Virus record (IMG/VR): IMGVR_UViG_3300027849_000009
Source: a virus
Strand: one strand, 5' to 3'
DNA: 64,000 nucleotides
The position numbers and the translations under genes are program-made. Positions 28,070-38,787 of this stretch are shown piece after piece (within the stretch, counting starts at the first letter, position 1; every line of letters begins with the position of its first letter). The notes under the pieces are model-generated. The model was not told the DNA's origin and made no database searches. It worked only from the letters and a program-made list of their open reading frames with translations.

Positions 28070-29155
28070 ATGCCAGCACCAATAGATCAGACATATAAAG
28101 TAGTAGTCGGTAATCTCACGAAAGTAAAACGTGTTGTTGTTGGCGTACCTATTACTAGCGTAGTTGCTGCCGCTGCCGCAGGAGTTGTCGTTGATAACAT
28201 TGCGGGCATTGATACGAGCGGAGCAGTCAGTGGTGATCTGTTAATATATAATGCGATTACTGATGCGTGGGAAGCAAGTAAAGTATTAAATGAAAATCAG
28301 ATTATAGATGGTAAATTATATCCTTCTGATTCTGCACATGGTCTCATACTAACACGACGAAGCGGAACGAGTGGAGAACCACCTTATCTTCGCTCTGGTG
28401 AGATGGCGTACTCATGGTTAATTGATTCTTCTACAGATGGATTTGGTAATGGCGGAAAGAGATTATACATCGGTGTTGGGGCAGACTCGACATATCCAGA
28501 TGCTACAGTAAGGGCAGAGTCACTTGAAGTTATAGGTGGTTCTTACTTTACAAATCTACTCAATCATCAGGCAGGTATTAATACTGCTAACAGTGCTTTG
28601 ATTGTAGATTCAAATGGCAGAATAGATTCTTTACTTGTTGATGCATTAACAGCAATCAATCTTACTGCAACAGGAATAACAACTCTCGATTCAGCATCGA
28701 TTGGACCACTAACTGTAAGAAATGATGCGTCATTTGATTCTGATGTTACGGTTAAAGGTAATCTAGTAGTACTAGGCGATACTACATTCGTACTAGATGT
28801 TACATTAGATTCAACAGTAATTAACGGTGATTTAACCGTAAACGGTAGAACTTTTCTTAATTCGAATGGACAGTTCTACGTAGATAGTGTACAAATTGAA
28901 CAATATATTGATAGTAGTGTTAATCGATTACTGACACCAGGTAGTGCGATTTCTTTATTATACAGTGATAGCGCAAATACTTTAACAATAGGTGCTATTA
29001 CAACAGATTCGGCAGCATTGGGAGTTGCATCTTTTAATGCGACTGCAGGAGACTCTACTCAAACTGCTAAACAATTTACAGTTGTCAATGGTGCGGTCAG
29101 TGTGAATGTACTTGATGGAGGATTCTTTGGTAATGATCCTTTGTATCCAGGGTAA
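28070..29155 (+). CDS. Tail fibre-like structural protein
   Basis: 'RRSGTSGEP..LRSGEMAYS...RLYIG' fibre-anchor motif, plus GNLxV/GDLTVNG beta repeats. Confidence 0.7.
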   Translation: MPAPIDQTYKVVVGNLTKVKRVVVGVPITSVVAAAAAGVVVDNIAGIDTSGAVSGDLLIYNAITDAWEASKVLNENQIIDGKLYPSDSAHGLILTRRSGTSGEPPYLRSGEMAYSWLIDSSTDGFGNGGKRLYIGVGADSTYPDATVRAESLEVIGGSYFTNLLNHQAGINTANSALIVDSNGRIDSLLVDALTAINLTATGITTLDSASIGPLTVRNDASFDSDVTVKGNLVVLGDTTFVLDVTLDSTVINGDLTVNGRTFLNSNGQFYVDSVQIEQYIDSSVNRLLTPGSAISLLYSDSANTLTIGAITTDSAALGVASFNATAGDSTQTAKQFTVVNGAVSVNVLDGGFFGNDPLYPG

Positions 29156-29208
29156 TTCAAAGACACTAAATAGAAACACTAAGAGCATTATAACAGGAAT
29201 GAATATAA

Positions 29209-32200
29209 ATGTCAAGCACAAAATTACTTAATCGCAGAACTAATGTCCCGGGTCAAGTTCCCGGCAATACAGACATTGATCTCGGCGAAATAGCGATCAA
29301 CACGCATGAGGGTAAAATGTACCTCAAGCGTGATAAGTTTGGCGTAGTCGATATAGTTCAAGTAGGTGAAGATGCAGTAGAGAATGTTTACTACGTATCT
29401 AAATCTGGAGAGTTTGGTAATTCTGGTACTTCTCTTGGCGACTCTTTCAAGACTCTCGACTCTGCAATTTCCTTAGTTACATCACTTAGTTCATTCGCAT
29501 TTGACGAAGTTAAGTGTACTCGTGACTTGAATTATATTCTTGACGGACTTTATCTTGACATTGCTTTCGGAACAAACTATAATGCAGTAACATCTGGTCA
29601 TGCTTATCAAAGAGCAGGATCAAATAAAGTTACTACAGGACAATTGCAACCAACTGTTGTAGCATTTAACCAAGCACGTGGTGCTGTCGGTTCTATTCCT
29701 CTAGTAAAGGCAAGCACTGGTGTAACAGGAGCGTTATATAGAAACAATGCTCACTGGTCAGAAGTAGTAGATATTCTTACTAATGGTAAGCAGAGTACAG
29801 AACAAGCACATGACGATTTAGTCTTTCCTGCTCCTGCTGTATTACCTACTGCTGATGCTGATGATGCTGCCATTATTCTTCAGAACAACCGTGAATGGTT
29901 GAAAGATGAACTTATAACATTCATTGCTAAAAACTATCCTGCATTAACATACGACGAAACTAAATGTCTACGTGATACGGGTTTCATCATTGATGCTGTT
30001 ATCACAGACTTAATGACTGGTTCGAACTATAATTGTGTGACCGCAGGTATTGCTTATCAACGAGCAAATGCATTGCCTACAGCACAAGTATCATCCACAA
30101 TTGCTGTGATTGTCTTTGTTCGTGATCAAATGTTGGCACTAAGTATTGCTGACGCTTCTAAAGTTTTAATCACAGCAAGCGTTAAAGAAATCACTGACAT
30201 AATCGTCAATGGAGAATCTGCTGCCGCACCAATTACATTCGCTGCCGCACCTGCTACTATAACAGCAGAGACAGATGCTGGCAATCAGATACAGAATAAC
30301 AAAACCTTATTAGTTAATAACACTATTCGGTATATCTCAGACAACTATGACGTTCAAGATTACGACCAAACTAAGTGTGAACGAGACGTTGGTCATATTG
30401 TCGATGCATTAACTATTGATTTAATGTTAGGAACAGACTATAATGTTGTTACAGCAGGTCTTGCTTATAGACGCGCCAATGCATTGCCAGGAAATCAGTT
30501 AGAATTTACAATTGCGGCATGGGAAGTATTAAGAGTTGGAATAAATGCTCTAAGCATTAGTGCGGCAAGTAAAGCACACATCAATGCATCGTTTGTTCAA
30601 TTGATCGCTATAATGTCAACGACTGCACCGTTCGCTCCAATTCCTATTGAATATAACGACTCTGTTAATACTACAACTGCTAGACGTAGTGCCGCGGATC
30701 AAATACAAAATAATTTACAATTAATCATCGATGATACTATTAAGCATGTCTCAGTTAATTTTGAAGCGCAGACATATCCTAGAACTAAATGCTCACGAGA
30801 TGTAGGTTACATTCTTGAAGCATTAACAAATGATTTGCTGTTTAGCACCAACTATAATACAGTGACCGCGGGTCTTGCATATACTCGCGCAGGTGCTATC
30901 CCTGAAGCACAAGTTGCGGGCACTGTACTGACTATCAGAAACATCGGTGTTCTTCTTAGTGCATTGGATATTAACGCTTCTTCTAAAACCATATTGCTTG
31001 AAAACCTAGAAATAATTCTTGACATTCTTGAAGGAAAGATTCCAGCACCGGTGATTGTATATCCTACTCCTCTTAATAGTCTGAATAATGAATATTGGGC
31101 ACACGAGCAGATTAGAAATAACCGTCAGTTACTTATTGACAATACGATTGCTTATCTCACTACAAACTATCCTTCATTAAGTTACAATGTTGCAAAATGC
31201 CAACGTGACGTAGGTTACATTCTTGACGGACTATCTTATGATATTCTGTATGACGGCAACTTCGCTTCACGTATTTTAGCATTCTCTTACTTCAAAGATG
31301 GTGTTTCTCAGTTAGGTGGAGCGGCAGAAGTTACTGCCTCAATTGCGGCATACACTAATCTCAAAACTGAACTTGGTACATTGCTCAGTGAAACATTGAC
31401 TGGACAGGACGTAACAAGCGAAATTCAGTCTGGACAATTACTACAGACTGCAAGACTTCAAGGTCTTCTTCAGATAACTATTGACGCATTAACTGCTGGT
31501 AACTTTAATGGTGTTCCTGCACTAGTTAATCCTGATACGACTGCTATTGCTGAACCGATAATTCTTGACTTTACTACTATTGTGGCAGCAAAGACAACTA
31601 TTCAATCAGACTCGATTGACTTTGCGGACGTATATGGTCCTGTACAGTATGATAGAGATGCCTATAGATTAATTGTCGAGTATGTTCTTGACGGTATAGT
31701 TCACGATCTTCTTTATGACGGTAACTTCGCTACATTCAATAATGCAAGAGCATACTATGTTGATGGATCATTAGCGATTATTACACCACAACAGACAACG
31801 CCAACAATTAGTGCATACACAAATCTTAAAACTATTCTATCATCAATAGTTCAAGAAACATATACTGGTCAGAACACAACAGGCGGAACTGCAACTGCTA
31901 CAGAAGCGGCAACAACTGGCACGTTACTTGATATTATTATTGACGTTCTTACAGCAGAAAATCTCAATTCGATTGCAACTCGTGTACTGCCAGACTTTAC
32001 TGGTATAGTGTCTACAGACTACAACACCATCAATGGTGCGCTTACCTCCCTGCAAGCAGATGTTATAGAGTATGCTGATTGGTATGGTCCAACAACTTAT
32101 GATCGAGTTAAATGTAAAAGAGACATTGGATATATTCTTGATGCTCTTACTCACGATATAGTATACGAAGGAAATGTTGGCGCAGTTACTTCTGCAAGAG

Positions 32201-34152
32201 CATACTTTGTTGGTGCTGTAAGTCAATTAGGTGCAGGAGAGAAAGTTGCTACATTAGGTGCATATGCATATCTGAAGACTTCATTAGGACAAGTTGTTCT
32301 TGAAACATATACTGGTCAAGATACTAGCGCAGGAACTGCCACATCTACTCAAGCAACTCAGTTGGGTGTTCTTATGGACATCATCACTGAAGTTATTAAC
32401 GATGAAAACTTGAACAATCTTGACGCTACTATTCTACCAAACTTTACTGGTGTTAATGCTACAACAGCGGCAAACTACTCTACTATTCTAGCACAGAAAA
32501 GCACGATTCAAACACAAGCAATACAGTATGCTAATCTATACGGTCCTTCATCTTACGATAGAACTAGATGTCGTAGAGACATAGGGTTTATTGTTGACGG
32601 TCTAACATTCGATATATTATATGGCGGTACACACGCCATGATTATAAACTCTCGTGCATACTTTGTTGGTGCTGCCAGTCAATTAAACCCTGGTGAAGTT
32701 GCGGCAACAATTGCAACATACGAGCATATGAGAGACATTATTGGACAACTTCTCACCAATAATCTTACAAGTAATGTTACTACTGCTTCAGCATATGGTC
32801 CTAACGAGACTGGTAACTCCGGTCAGTATGCAACTTCAACAGAATCAACCATTATTAATACGCTGATTGACGACCTCTTAGTTGCCACTTTAGTTGCTGG
32901 TAATACTGATAGTCTACCAACTGAAGTTGATCCTATTTTATCAAGTCGTGGAGTAAGTGCAGAGTTACGAAACGCGATTGCCGCAGTCAAGAAAGATCAG
33001 GACTTCATTGTTCTTCAGTCCGTAAAGTCTGCTAAGAATACTGGTGACACTACAATCTTCTTGAAGTCTGGCGATTATATAATAAACAATCCTATTAAGT
33101 TACCGCCTAAGACTGCAATCGTTGGTGATAACTTGAGAACAACAACGGTGCGACCTAAGAGTGTTGACTCTGATATGTTCTATATGGACAATGGTTGCTT
33201 CATCAAAGATATTACTTTCCGAGATCATCAGAACTTTGCTGCCTGTGTAGCATATGATCCTAAAGTAGAAAGTGCTGGCGCTGGACCATTCATCGTTCAA
33301 TCACCATATGTTCAGAACTGTACATCTATTACCAACGATGGTATCGGTATGAAGATTGACGGATCTAAATGTTCTGGATTGAAGTCGATGGTATCAGACG
33401 CATTCACTCAGTACAATGCCGCTGGTATTGGTACTTACTTGTTGAATCGTGGTTACGCACAGTTAGTATCAATCTTTACAATCTCAACTCAGACTTCTAT
33501 TCTTGCTGAAACTGGCGGACAATGTTCTATCACGAACAGTAACTCCTCGTTTGGTGACTTCGGATTGATTGCTCGTGGTAGTTCTGAAGTACTATATGAC
33601 GGTAATCTCGATTCAGCAAAACTTTTGTATGATGACACCATTCGTATTTCAGGAGTGATAAATAGAGATAGTGCTGATTACTTCGGAACTGTAGGACAAA
33701 CTAAGTTGCCTAACTACGGCGATGCAATGAAGTTTGACAGTGAAGAATATTACTATACAGTGTTGGGTGTTGATTCAGTCGGTGGCGGTATGTACGACAT
33801 TGCATTCGAACCTGGACTGAATAGTAATAAGAAAGCAAATCAGCAGATGACCTTCAGACAGCGATCTGTTATCACATCATCTTCTCACACATTTGAATAT
33901 GTTGGATCTGGAACTAACACGTTTACTGCTATTCCACAGAATGGTGGTATACCAAGACCAGAAAGAGAAGTAGTATATGACTCTGCAACGAACGAAGGTT
34001 TAGTAGTATTTACATCAACGGATCAGTTAGGCGACTTTAGAATTGGTTCTGAACTGACAATTAAAAGACAGGAAGGTAGAATTGTAGGTGAGACGTTTGA
34101 ACGATCTCTATACGCTATTCTAACTCCATATATTCTAGCACTAGAAGGTTAA
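29209..34152 (+). CDS. Large fibre/tailspike protein: fibre-anchor motif plus pectin-lyase-like beta-helix interrupted by eight helical KCxRD repeats
   Basis: 'LGEIAINTHEGKMYLK', then 'VYYVSKSG...FKTLDSAI' [8 repeats] 'GDTTIFLKSGDY...IVGDNLRTT...SPYVQNCTS...FTSTDQLGDFRIG'. Confidence 0.8.
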   Translation: MSSTKLLNRRTNVPGQVPGNTDIDLGEIAINTHEGKMYLKRDKFGVVDIVQVGEDAVENVYYVSKSGEFGNSGTSLGDSFKTLDSAISLVTSLSSFAFDEVKCTRDLNYILDGLYLDIAFGTNYNAVTSGHAYQRAGSNKVTTGQLQPTVVAFNQARGAVGSIPLVKASTGVTGALYRNNAHWSEVVDILTNGKQSTEQAHDDLVFPAPAVLPTADADDAAIILQNNREWLKDELITFIAKNYPALTYDETKCLRDTGFIIDAVITDLMTGSNYNCVTAGIAYQRANALPTAQVSSTIAVIVFVRDQMLALSIADASKVLITASVKEITDIIVNGESAAAPITFAAAPATITAETDAGNQIQNNKTLLVNNTIRYISDNYDVQDYDQTKCERDVGHIVDALTIDLMLGTDYNVVTAGLAYRRANALPGNQLEFTIAAWEVLRVGINALSISAASKAHINASFVQLIAIMSTTAPFAPIPIEYNDSVNTTTARRSAADQIQNNLQLIIDDTIKHVSVNFEAQTYPRTKCSRDVGYILEALTNDLLFSTNYNTVTAGLAYTRAGAIPEAQVAGTVLTIRNIGVLLSALDINASSKTILLENLEIILDILEGKIPAPVIVYPTPLNSLNNEYWAHEQIRNNRQLLIDNTIAYLTTNYPSLSYNVAKCQRDVGYILDGLSYDILYDGNFASRILAFSYFKDGVSQLGGAAEVTASIAAYTNLKTELGTLLSETLTGQDVTSEIQSGQLLQTARLQGLLQITIDALTAGNFNGVPALVNPDTTAIAEPIILDFTTIVAAKTTIQSDSIDFADVYGPVQYDRDAYRLIVEYVLDGIVHDLLYDGNFATFNNARAYYVDGSLAIITPQQTTPTISAYTNLKTILSSIVQETYTGQNTTGGTATATEAATTGTLLDIIIDVLTAENLNSIATRVLPDFTGIVSTDYNTINGALTSLQADVIEYADWYGPTTYDRVKCKRDIGYILDALTHDIVYEGNVGAVTSARAYFVGAVSQLGAGEKVATLGAYAYLKTSLGQVVLETYTGQDTSAGTATSTQATQLGVLMDIITEVINDENLNNLDATILPNFTGVNATTAANYSTILAQKSTIQTQAIQYANLYGPSSYDRTRCRRDIGFIVDGLTFDILYGGTHAMIINSRAYFVGAASQLNPGEVAATIATYEHMRDIIGQLLTNNLTSNVTTASAYGPNETGNSGQYATSTESTIINTLIDDLLVATLVAGNTDSLPTEVDPILSSRGVSAELRNAIAAVKKDQDFIVLQSVKSAKNTGDTTIFLKSGDYIINNPIKLPPKTAIVGDNLRTTTVRPKSVDSDMFYMDNGCFIKDITFRDHQNFAACVAYDPKVESAGAGPFIVQSPYVQNCTSITNDGIGMKIDGSKCSGLKSMVSDAFTQYNAAGIGTYLLNRGYAQLVSIFTISTQTSILAETGGQCSITNSNSSFGDFGLIARGSSEVLYDGNLDSAKLLYDDTIRISGVINRDSADYFGTVGQTKLPNYGDAMKFDSEEYYYTVLGVDSVGGGMYDIAFEPGLNSNKKANQQMTFRQRSVITSSSHTFEYVGSGTNTFTAIPQNGGIPRPEREVVYDSATNEGLVVFTSTDQLGDFRIGSELTIKRQEGRIVGETFERSLYAILTPYILALEG

Positions 34153-34158
34153 AGAAAA

Positions 34159-34530
34159 ATGGCAACTCCACTTAATACGTTTAAGTCAACTTCTGTTACT
34201 GTTATTGGTAAAGATACACTTACTGGCGACAGCGATTTAGTCTATACTTCACCCAACGGAATCACTGCGATTGTGTTGATGGCGCAGGTAGCGAATATCG
34301 ACTCTGCTGGTACTGGTACTTTCGAGGTTAATATGCAACAGGCGCTGTCACTGGCAGCACCAGCAGTTCACTTGATTAAAGGTTATCGAGTTGCGCCTCG
34401 TGATGCAGTAAGTCTGATTACAGGTAAGTTAATTATTGAAGAAAACGGTGTTATCCGATGCTCAACTAATGCGGCGGGTGCTGGCAAACTGCAATTAACT
34501 CTAAGTTATTTGGAATCATTAAATGGTTAA
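34159..34530 (+). CDS. Small virion structural protein
   Basis: 'LNTFK...VYTSP.G.TAIVLMAQVANI...GKLIIE...LTLSYLE'. This type usually follows such tailspike genes. Confidence 0.7.
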   Translation: MATPLNTFKSTSVTVIGKDTLTGDSDLVYTSPNGITAIVLMAQVANIDSAGTGTFEVNMQQALSLAAPAVHLIKGYRVAPRDAVSLITGKLIIEENGVIRCSTNAAGAGKLQLTLSYLESLNG

Positions 34531-35767
34531 TACAATAAGCGTTTCGGGCACTTCTCTTACAGGTGGTGTAACAACCAGACCAGTAGCGGATCTCGATTCA
34601 GCAAGATATGAGTATATCACTCTCGACCAGGTAGAACCTAGTCCTGGTAATCCGACAACTGACGGTCAAGTACTTACGTCTACTGCTAGTGGTGTTAGAT
34701 CATGGGGTGATATATCTTCACTTACACTCAATGCACTTAACTTCACATCATTAGATTCGGGTGATACAAGTGATTTCTACGCCCTATTTGTAAAGAATAA
34801 TCCTTTTGATGGTGCTACGGATAGTGTTGTTGTTCGTAAGATTGGTGAAGGCGCATTTGCTGAGACCGCAAACGAGACACTAGCAACTGTCACCGCACGA
34901 GGCGATAGCACACAAGTCTACTCGTACTTCTACGGTGGACTATATGCTGACAGTGTAGTAATTAATGGTAATCTTACTGTTAATGGTACACAAACAATTC
35001 TGAACACCGCAACATTAGAAATCGATGATAAGAATATTGTTATTGCTAAGAATGCAACTAACAATGCAGAAGCAGAAGGCGCGGGTATCACTGTCGCTGG
35101 AGCAAATGCTGGTATCACATATGCATCGACAGATAACTCGTGGAACTTTAACAGACTAACTAATTTCGAAACAGGCATTGCAGTAGTTGGAGCGTCTCTA
35201 TTTGATTCTGCAACCTTCGACAATGATGTTGTAATTAACAACACTGACGCATCTGTTACTGCTACATTCGGTCTATTCTTAGAACCAACAACAAATAGAA
35301 TTGTTAGACGAACTATATCAACTGATATTCTTGACGGTACTGTCAACTTAACACAAGTTACATCGACTGATGCAGACTTAACTTTCTACCCTACATTTGT
35401 TAGTGTACTAAATGGCGGAGATAGTGCTAAAGTTGATAGTGCATTATCATACAATGCTTCTAGTAATAGACTCACTATGGGTAACTTATCTCTTACTCAG
35501 ATTGATAGAGATCAAGAGACTGATAACGTACTTGTACTTTCTGCACAGGACTCTGTGTCATTCAGAGAATTGGGTAATCTTGCATATTTGGATTCAGAGC
35601 AAGACACACTACAATCTGTAACCAGTCGAGGTGCTACTAGTACAGATAGTGTCACATTCGCAGGCGTAACGGTAGAGGGTGATCTCGAAGCGAGTCGCTA
35701 CTTTGATGCGCAAGCAAGACAATTAGTAATTTATGACTCAGTAGGTGCTACTCTCTGGGGTGCATAA
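34523..35767 (+). CDS. Tail fibre-like protein
   Basis: 'GNLTVNGTQTILNTATLEIDDKNIVI...GAGITV', 'TLATVTARG'/'TLQSVTSRG' repeats, 'FYPTFV...LSYN'. Confidence 0.75.
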   Translation: MVNTISVSGTSLTGGVTTRPVADLDSARYEYITLDQVEPSPGNPTTDGQVLTSTASGVRSWGDISSLTLNALNFTSLDSGDTSDFYALFVKNNPFDGATDSVVVRKIGEGAFAETANETLATVTARGDSTQVYSYFYGGLYADSVVINGNLTVNGTQTILNTATLEIDDKNIVIAKNATNNAEAEGAGITVAGANAGITYASTDNSWNFNRLTNFETGIAVVGASLFDSATFDNDVVINNTDASVTATFGLFLEPTTNRIVRRTISTDILDGTVNLTQVTSTDADLTFYPTFVSVLNGGDSAKVDSALSYNASSNRLTMGNLSLTQIDRDQETDNVLVLSAQDSVSFRELGNLAYLDSEQDTLQSVTSRGATSTDSVTFAGVTVEGDLEASRYFDAQARQLVIYDSVGATLWGA

Positions 35768-35794
35768 ATAAACAGATAAACTTTGGAGTAACAA

Positions 35795-36550
35795 ATGGCA
35801 TCGCCAGATTCAAGACAAGATTTAATCGACTTCGCTCTACGTAGATTAGGCGAACCTGTAATTGAAATCAATGTTGATATAGATCAAGTTGAAGATAAGG
35901 TTGATGACGCTCTTCAGAAATACCAAGAGTATCACAGTGATGCAACACTTAGAACTTATCTAAAGCATGAAGTAACTGCCACTGATGTGACCAATGGATA
36001 TATTCCTTTGAGTGCAAGCATTCAGTGGGTGAAGAGATTGTTTCCTATGAACTCTTCGTTTGGTTCTGGTGGAAATATGTTTGATCTAAAGTATCAGATG
36101 TACTTAAACAATATGCAAGACTTCTACAGTTTCGCGGGCGATCTATCATACATATATCAGATGGAACAATATCTGAGCATGATCGATCAACAACTGAATG
36201 GACTACCACAAGTGCGTCACTCGCGTAGACAGCAACGTCTATACATTGATGGCGATCTTGCTGACGGAGATATTAAAGCAGGCGACTATGTTGTTGCCGA
36301 AGTATATCAAATCATTGATCCAGAAGTACACTTGAGCATATGGAATGATATGTTCATGAAAGATTATACCACACAATTAATCAAACAGCAATGGGGCGTG
36401 AACATGTCCAAGTTTGAGGGAATGCAATTGCCTGGTGGTGTTACTATTAGTGGTCGTCAATTGTATGAAGACGCGACTGCTGAAATCGAGAAACTTGAAG
36501 AGAAATTACGTCTCGAACAAGAACTCCCAGTTGACTTTCTGATAGGATAA
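35795..36550 (+). CDS. gp13: Neck protein gp13
   Basis: 'LIDFALRRLGEPVIEINV...IKQQWGVNMSKFEGMQLPGGVT'. Confidence 0.95.
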   Translation: MASPDSRQDLIDFALRRLGEPVIEINVDIDQVEDKVDDALQKYQEYHSDATLRTYLKHEVTATDVTNGYIPLSASIQWVKRLFPMNSSFGSGGNMFDLKYQMYLNNMQDFYSFAGDLSYIYQMEQYLSMIDQQLNGLPQVRHSRRQQRLYIDGDLADGDIKAGDYVVAEVYQIIDPEVHLSIWNDMFMKDYTTQLIKQQWGVNMSKFEGMQLPGGVTISGRQLYEDATAEIEKLEEKLRLEQELPVDFLIG

Positions 36551-36551
36551 C

Positions 36552-37454
36552 ATGGCAACTAATCTTTACTTCTCACAAGGCAGAAAGTCTGAGCAGACTC
36601 TCTACGAAGATATCATTATTGAATCTTTGAAGATGTATGGTCAGGACGTTTACTATGTCCCACGTGAACTGGTCAACAGAGATACAATCTTTGGTGACGA
36701 TAACACCTCACGATTCGACAATGCTTATCGTATAGAAATGTACATCGAAGGCGTTGAAGGGTTTGATGGCGAAGGTGACTTGTTCGCTAAGTTTGGTGTA
36801 GAGATTCGAGATGCTGCCACATTCATTATGGCAAGGCGTCGATGGTTGAATACTGTTGCTTCTATCGAGAACACATTAGAAGAACCTTTCTATCGCCCAA
36901 GAGAAGGCGATCTAATTGTTTTAACATTGTCTAACTCAATATTTGAGATTCAGAAAGTAGAAGACGAGACACCATTCTACCAGTTAAAGAATCTTCCTGT
37001 GTTCCGTATGCGATGTGAACTGTTTGAATACAATGACGAAGACTTTGATACTGGTGTTGGAGAGATTGATGCAATTGAAACTGTACATGCATACACAACT
37101 ACTCTGATATTTGACGAGACTACATTCAGTGTAGCAGGTAGTAAGTTTGAAATTGGCGAAGAGATATCACAGGTCAATGCAACTTTCACTATGAAAGGAG
37201 AGATTGCTAATATTGATGCATCTGTTCCTGGAACATATAAAGTGTATGTCGCACATGGTGGTGGTTCTGATGGACTCTATCATAGTTGGGCAGCATCGTT
37301 ACCTGTAGTAGGACAGACTTCTGCAATTAGTGAAACTCCGACTTCAGTTGCAGGCGAGAACTTAGAGGTTGACAATCAGAATGCAATCTTTGATACTGTT
37401 GCAACAGAATTCATCGACTTCTCAGAGTCTAATCCATTCGGAGATCCAGTATAA
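36552..37454 (+). CDS. gp14: Neck protein gp14
   Basis: 'EQTLYEDIIIESLKMYGQDVYYVPR...FAKFGVEIRD...RPREGDLI...FSESNPFG'. Confidence 0.95.
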   Translation: MATNLYFSQGRKSEQTLYEDIIIESLKMYGQDVYYVPRELVNRDTIFGDDNTSRFDNAYRIEMYIEGVEGFDGEGDLFAKFGVEIRDAATFIMARRRWLNTVASIENTLEEPFYRPREGDLIVLTLSNSIFEIQKVEDETPFYQLKNLPVFRMRCELFEYNDEDFDTGVGEIDAIETVHAYTTTLIFDETTFSVAGSKFEIGEEISQVNATFTMKGEIANIDASVPGTYKVYVAHGGGSDGLYHSWAASLPVVGQTSAISETPTSVAGENLEVDNQNAIFDTVATEFIDFSESNPFGDPV

Positions 37455-38743
37455 TGTTAGGTTCACATTTCTATCATCAAAGAATTAGAAAAGCAGTTGC
37501 CGTATTTGGTTCATTGTTTAATAACATAAATGTCATACGCAAGAATACCGCGGGTGAAGTTATTAGTCAAGTAAAAGTTCCATTATCATATGCACCTAAG
37601 CGAGACTTTCTCACACGCATGGATAATATGCTTAACGGTGAGGTAAACGAAAGACAGATAGCATTAAAACTGCCAAGAATGTCATTCGAAATCGTAGCAA
37701 TGAACTATGATCCAGTAAGACAATTGCCTAAAATGAACAACTGTGTTAAAGCGCCGACAACTTATACTGGTTCAGCAACACAACTATACACACCTGTTCC
37801 ATATAATGTCAACTTTCAGTTGAACGTGTATGGTAAAAGTCAGGACGATGTATTACAAATTATCGAACAGATTCTACCTTATTTCACACCACAGTATACT
37901 GTAACAGTAAAACCTTTATCGGAGTACGATGTCAAGGAAGACACCCCCATAACATTGCAAGGCATAACATTCTCTGATGATTATGAAGGTCAGATAGAGA
38001 ATAGACGTTCAATCATATATACACTCGATTTTGAAATGAAGATTAGTTTGTATAAGGGTGTTGCCGCAACAGGTACTATTATAACAAGTGCTGATATCGG
38101 TGTCAAAGACTTAGAAGGAAATGACTTGTTCACTACATCCGTAGTAGGCAATGTTATAACAGGAGCAAGCGGCACATTAACAAACGAAGATGGCGGTACA
38201 ATAACAACCACATTTAAGATTGCTAATGCACAAAGTAGAGTAGTATCATATACGATAGGTACTGGTCCTACAAATGGTAATGCGCTTGCTACTGTCAGTT
38301 CATCTACCACAACGCCGACAGGTGCATTTAACGCTACGGGTACTTGGGCGTATACACCTGATCCAGACTTCTCGGGTGCTGATTCTTTTGTACTAGAGGT
38401 AAATTTAGTAGATGGAACAAAACTCGATCAGACAATCAATGTCTCAGTAACCAACTCTGTCGATGATGCTATTAATGTTGTAACATCAATTAACACAGGT
38501 GATGCATTGTCAATAGATATTGATGTAGGTGCTAATGACACATTCGAGTCTACATCTATTGTTTACACTATACCATCGGGCGGTGATCCAGATAATGGTG
38601 TGATAGCAATACAAGATTCGGTAAATGGAATCATTCGATATACTCCTACTAGTGGGTTTACCGGTGTTGATACATTTACATACAGAGTAACTCCTAGTAC
38701 AGGACAGGCAGAAACTGCAACAGTTACGATAACCGTGACTTAA
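37454..38743 (+). CDS. gp15: Tail sheath stabiliser/terminator gp15 with two C-terminal Ig-like (Big_9/cadherin-like) domains
   Basis: 'FYHQRIRKAVAVFGSLFNNI...KVPLSYAPK...LPRMSFEI...QIIEQILPYFTP', then 'YTPDPDFSGADSF' and 'YTPTSGFTGVDTFTY'. Confidence 0.92.
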   Translation: MLGSHFYHQRIRKAVAVFGSLFNNINVIRKNTAGEVISQVKVPLSYAPKRDFLTRMDNMLNGEVNERQIALKLPRMSFEIVAMNYDPVRQLPKMNNCVKAPTTYTGSATQLYTPVPYNVNFQLNVYGKSQDDVLQIIEQILPYFTPQYTVTVKPLSEYDVKEDTPITLQGITFSDDYEGQIENRRSIIYTLDFEMKISLYKGVAATGTIITSADIGVKDLEGNDLFTTSVVGNVITGASGTLTNEDGGTITTTFKIANAQSRVVSYTIGTGPTNGNALATVSSSTTTPTGAFNATGTWAYTPDPDFSGADSFVLEVNLVDGTKLDQTINVSVTNSVDDAINVVTSINTGDALSIDIDVGANDTFESTSIVYTIPSGGDPDNGVIAIQDSVNGIIRYTPTSGFTGVDTFTYRVTPSTGQAETATVTITVT

Positions 38744-38748
38744 AACAC

Positions 38749-38756
38749 TATAAATA
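38749..38756 (+). promoter_or_regulatory. T4-type late promoter TATAAATA
   Basis: Exact motif in the intergenic gap. Confidence 0.8.
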
Positions 38757-38787
38757 GAATTATAGAAACATATTCTGAGGAAGAACA

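Noticed and set aside
29490-33040. Calling the phage a cyanophage because of the phycobiliprotein-like repeats
   Set aside because: No photosynthesis or bilin genes are in the window, and the similarity is a short motif judged by eye.
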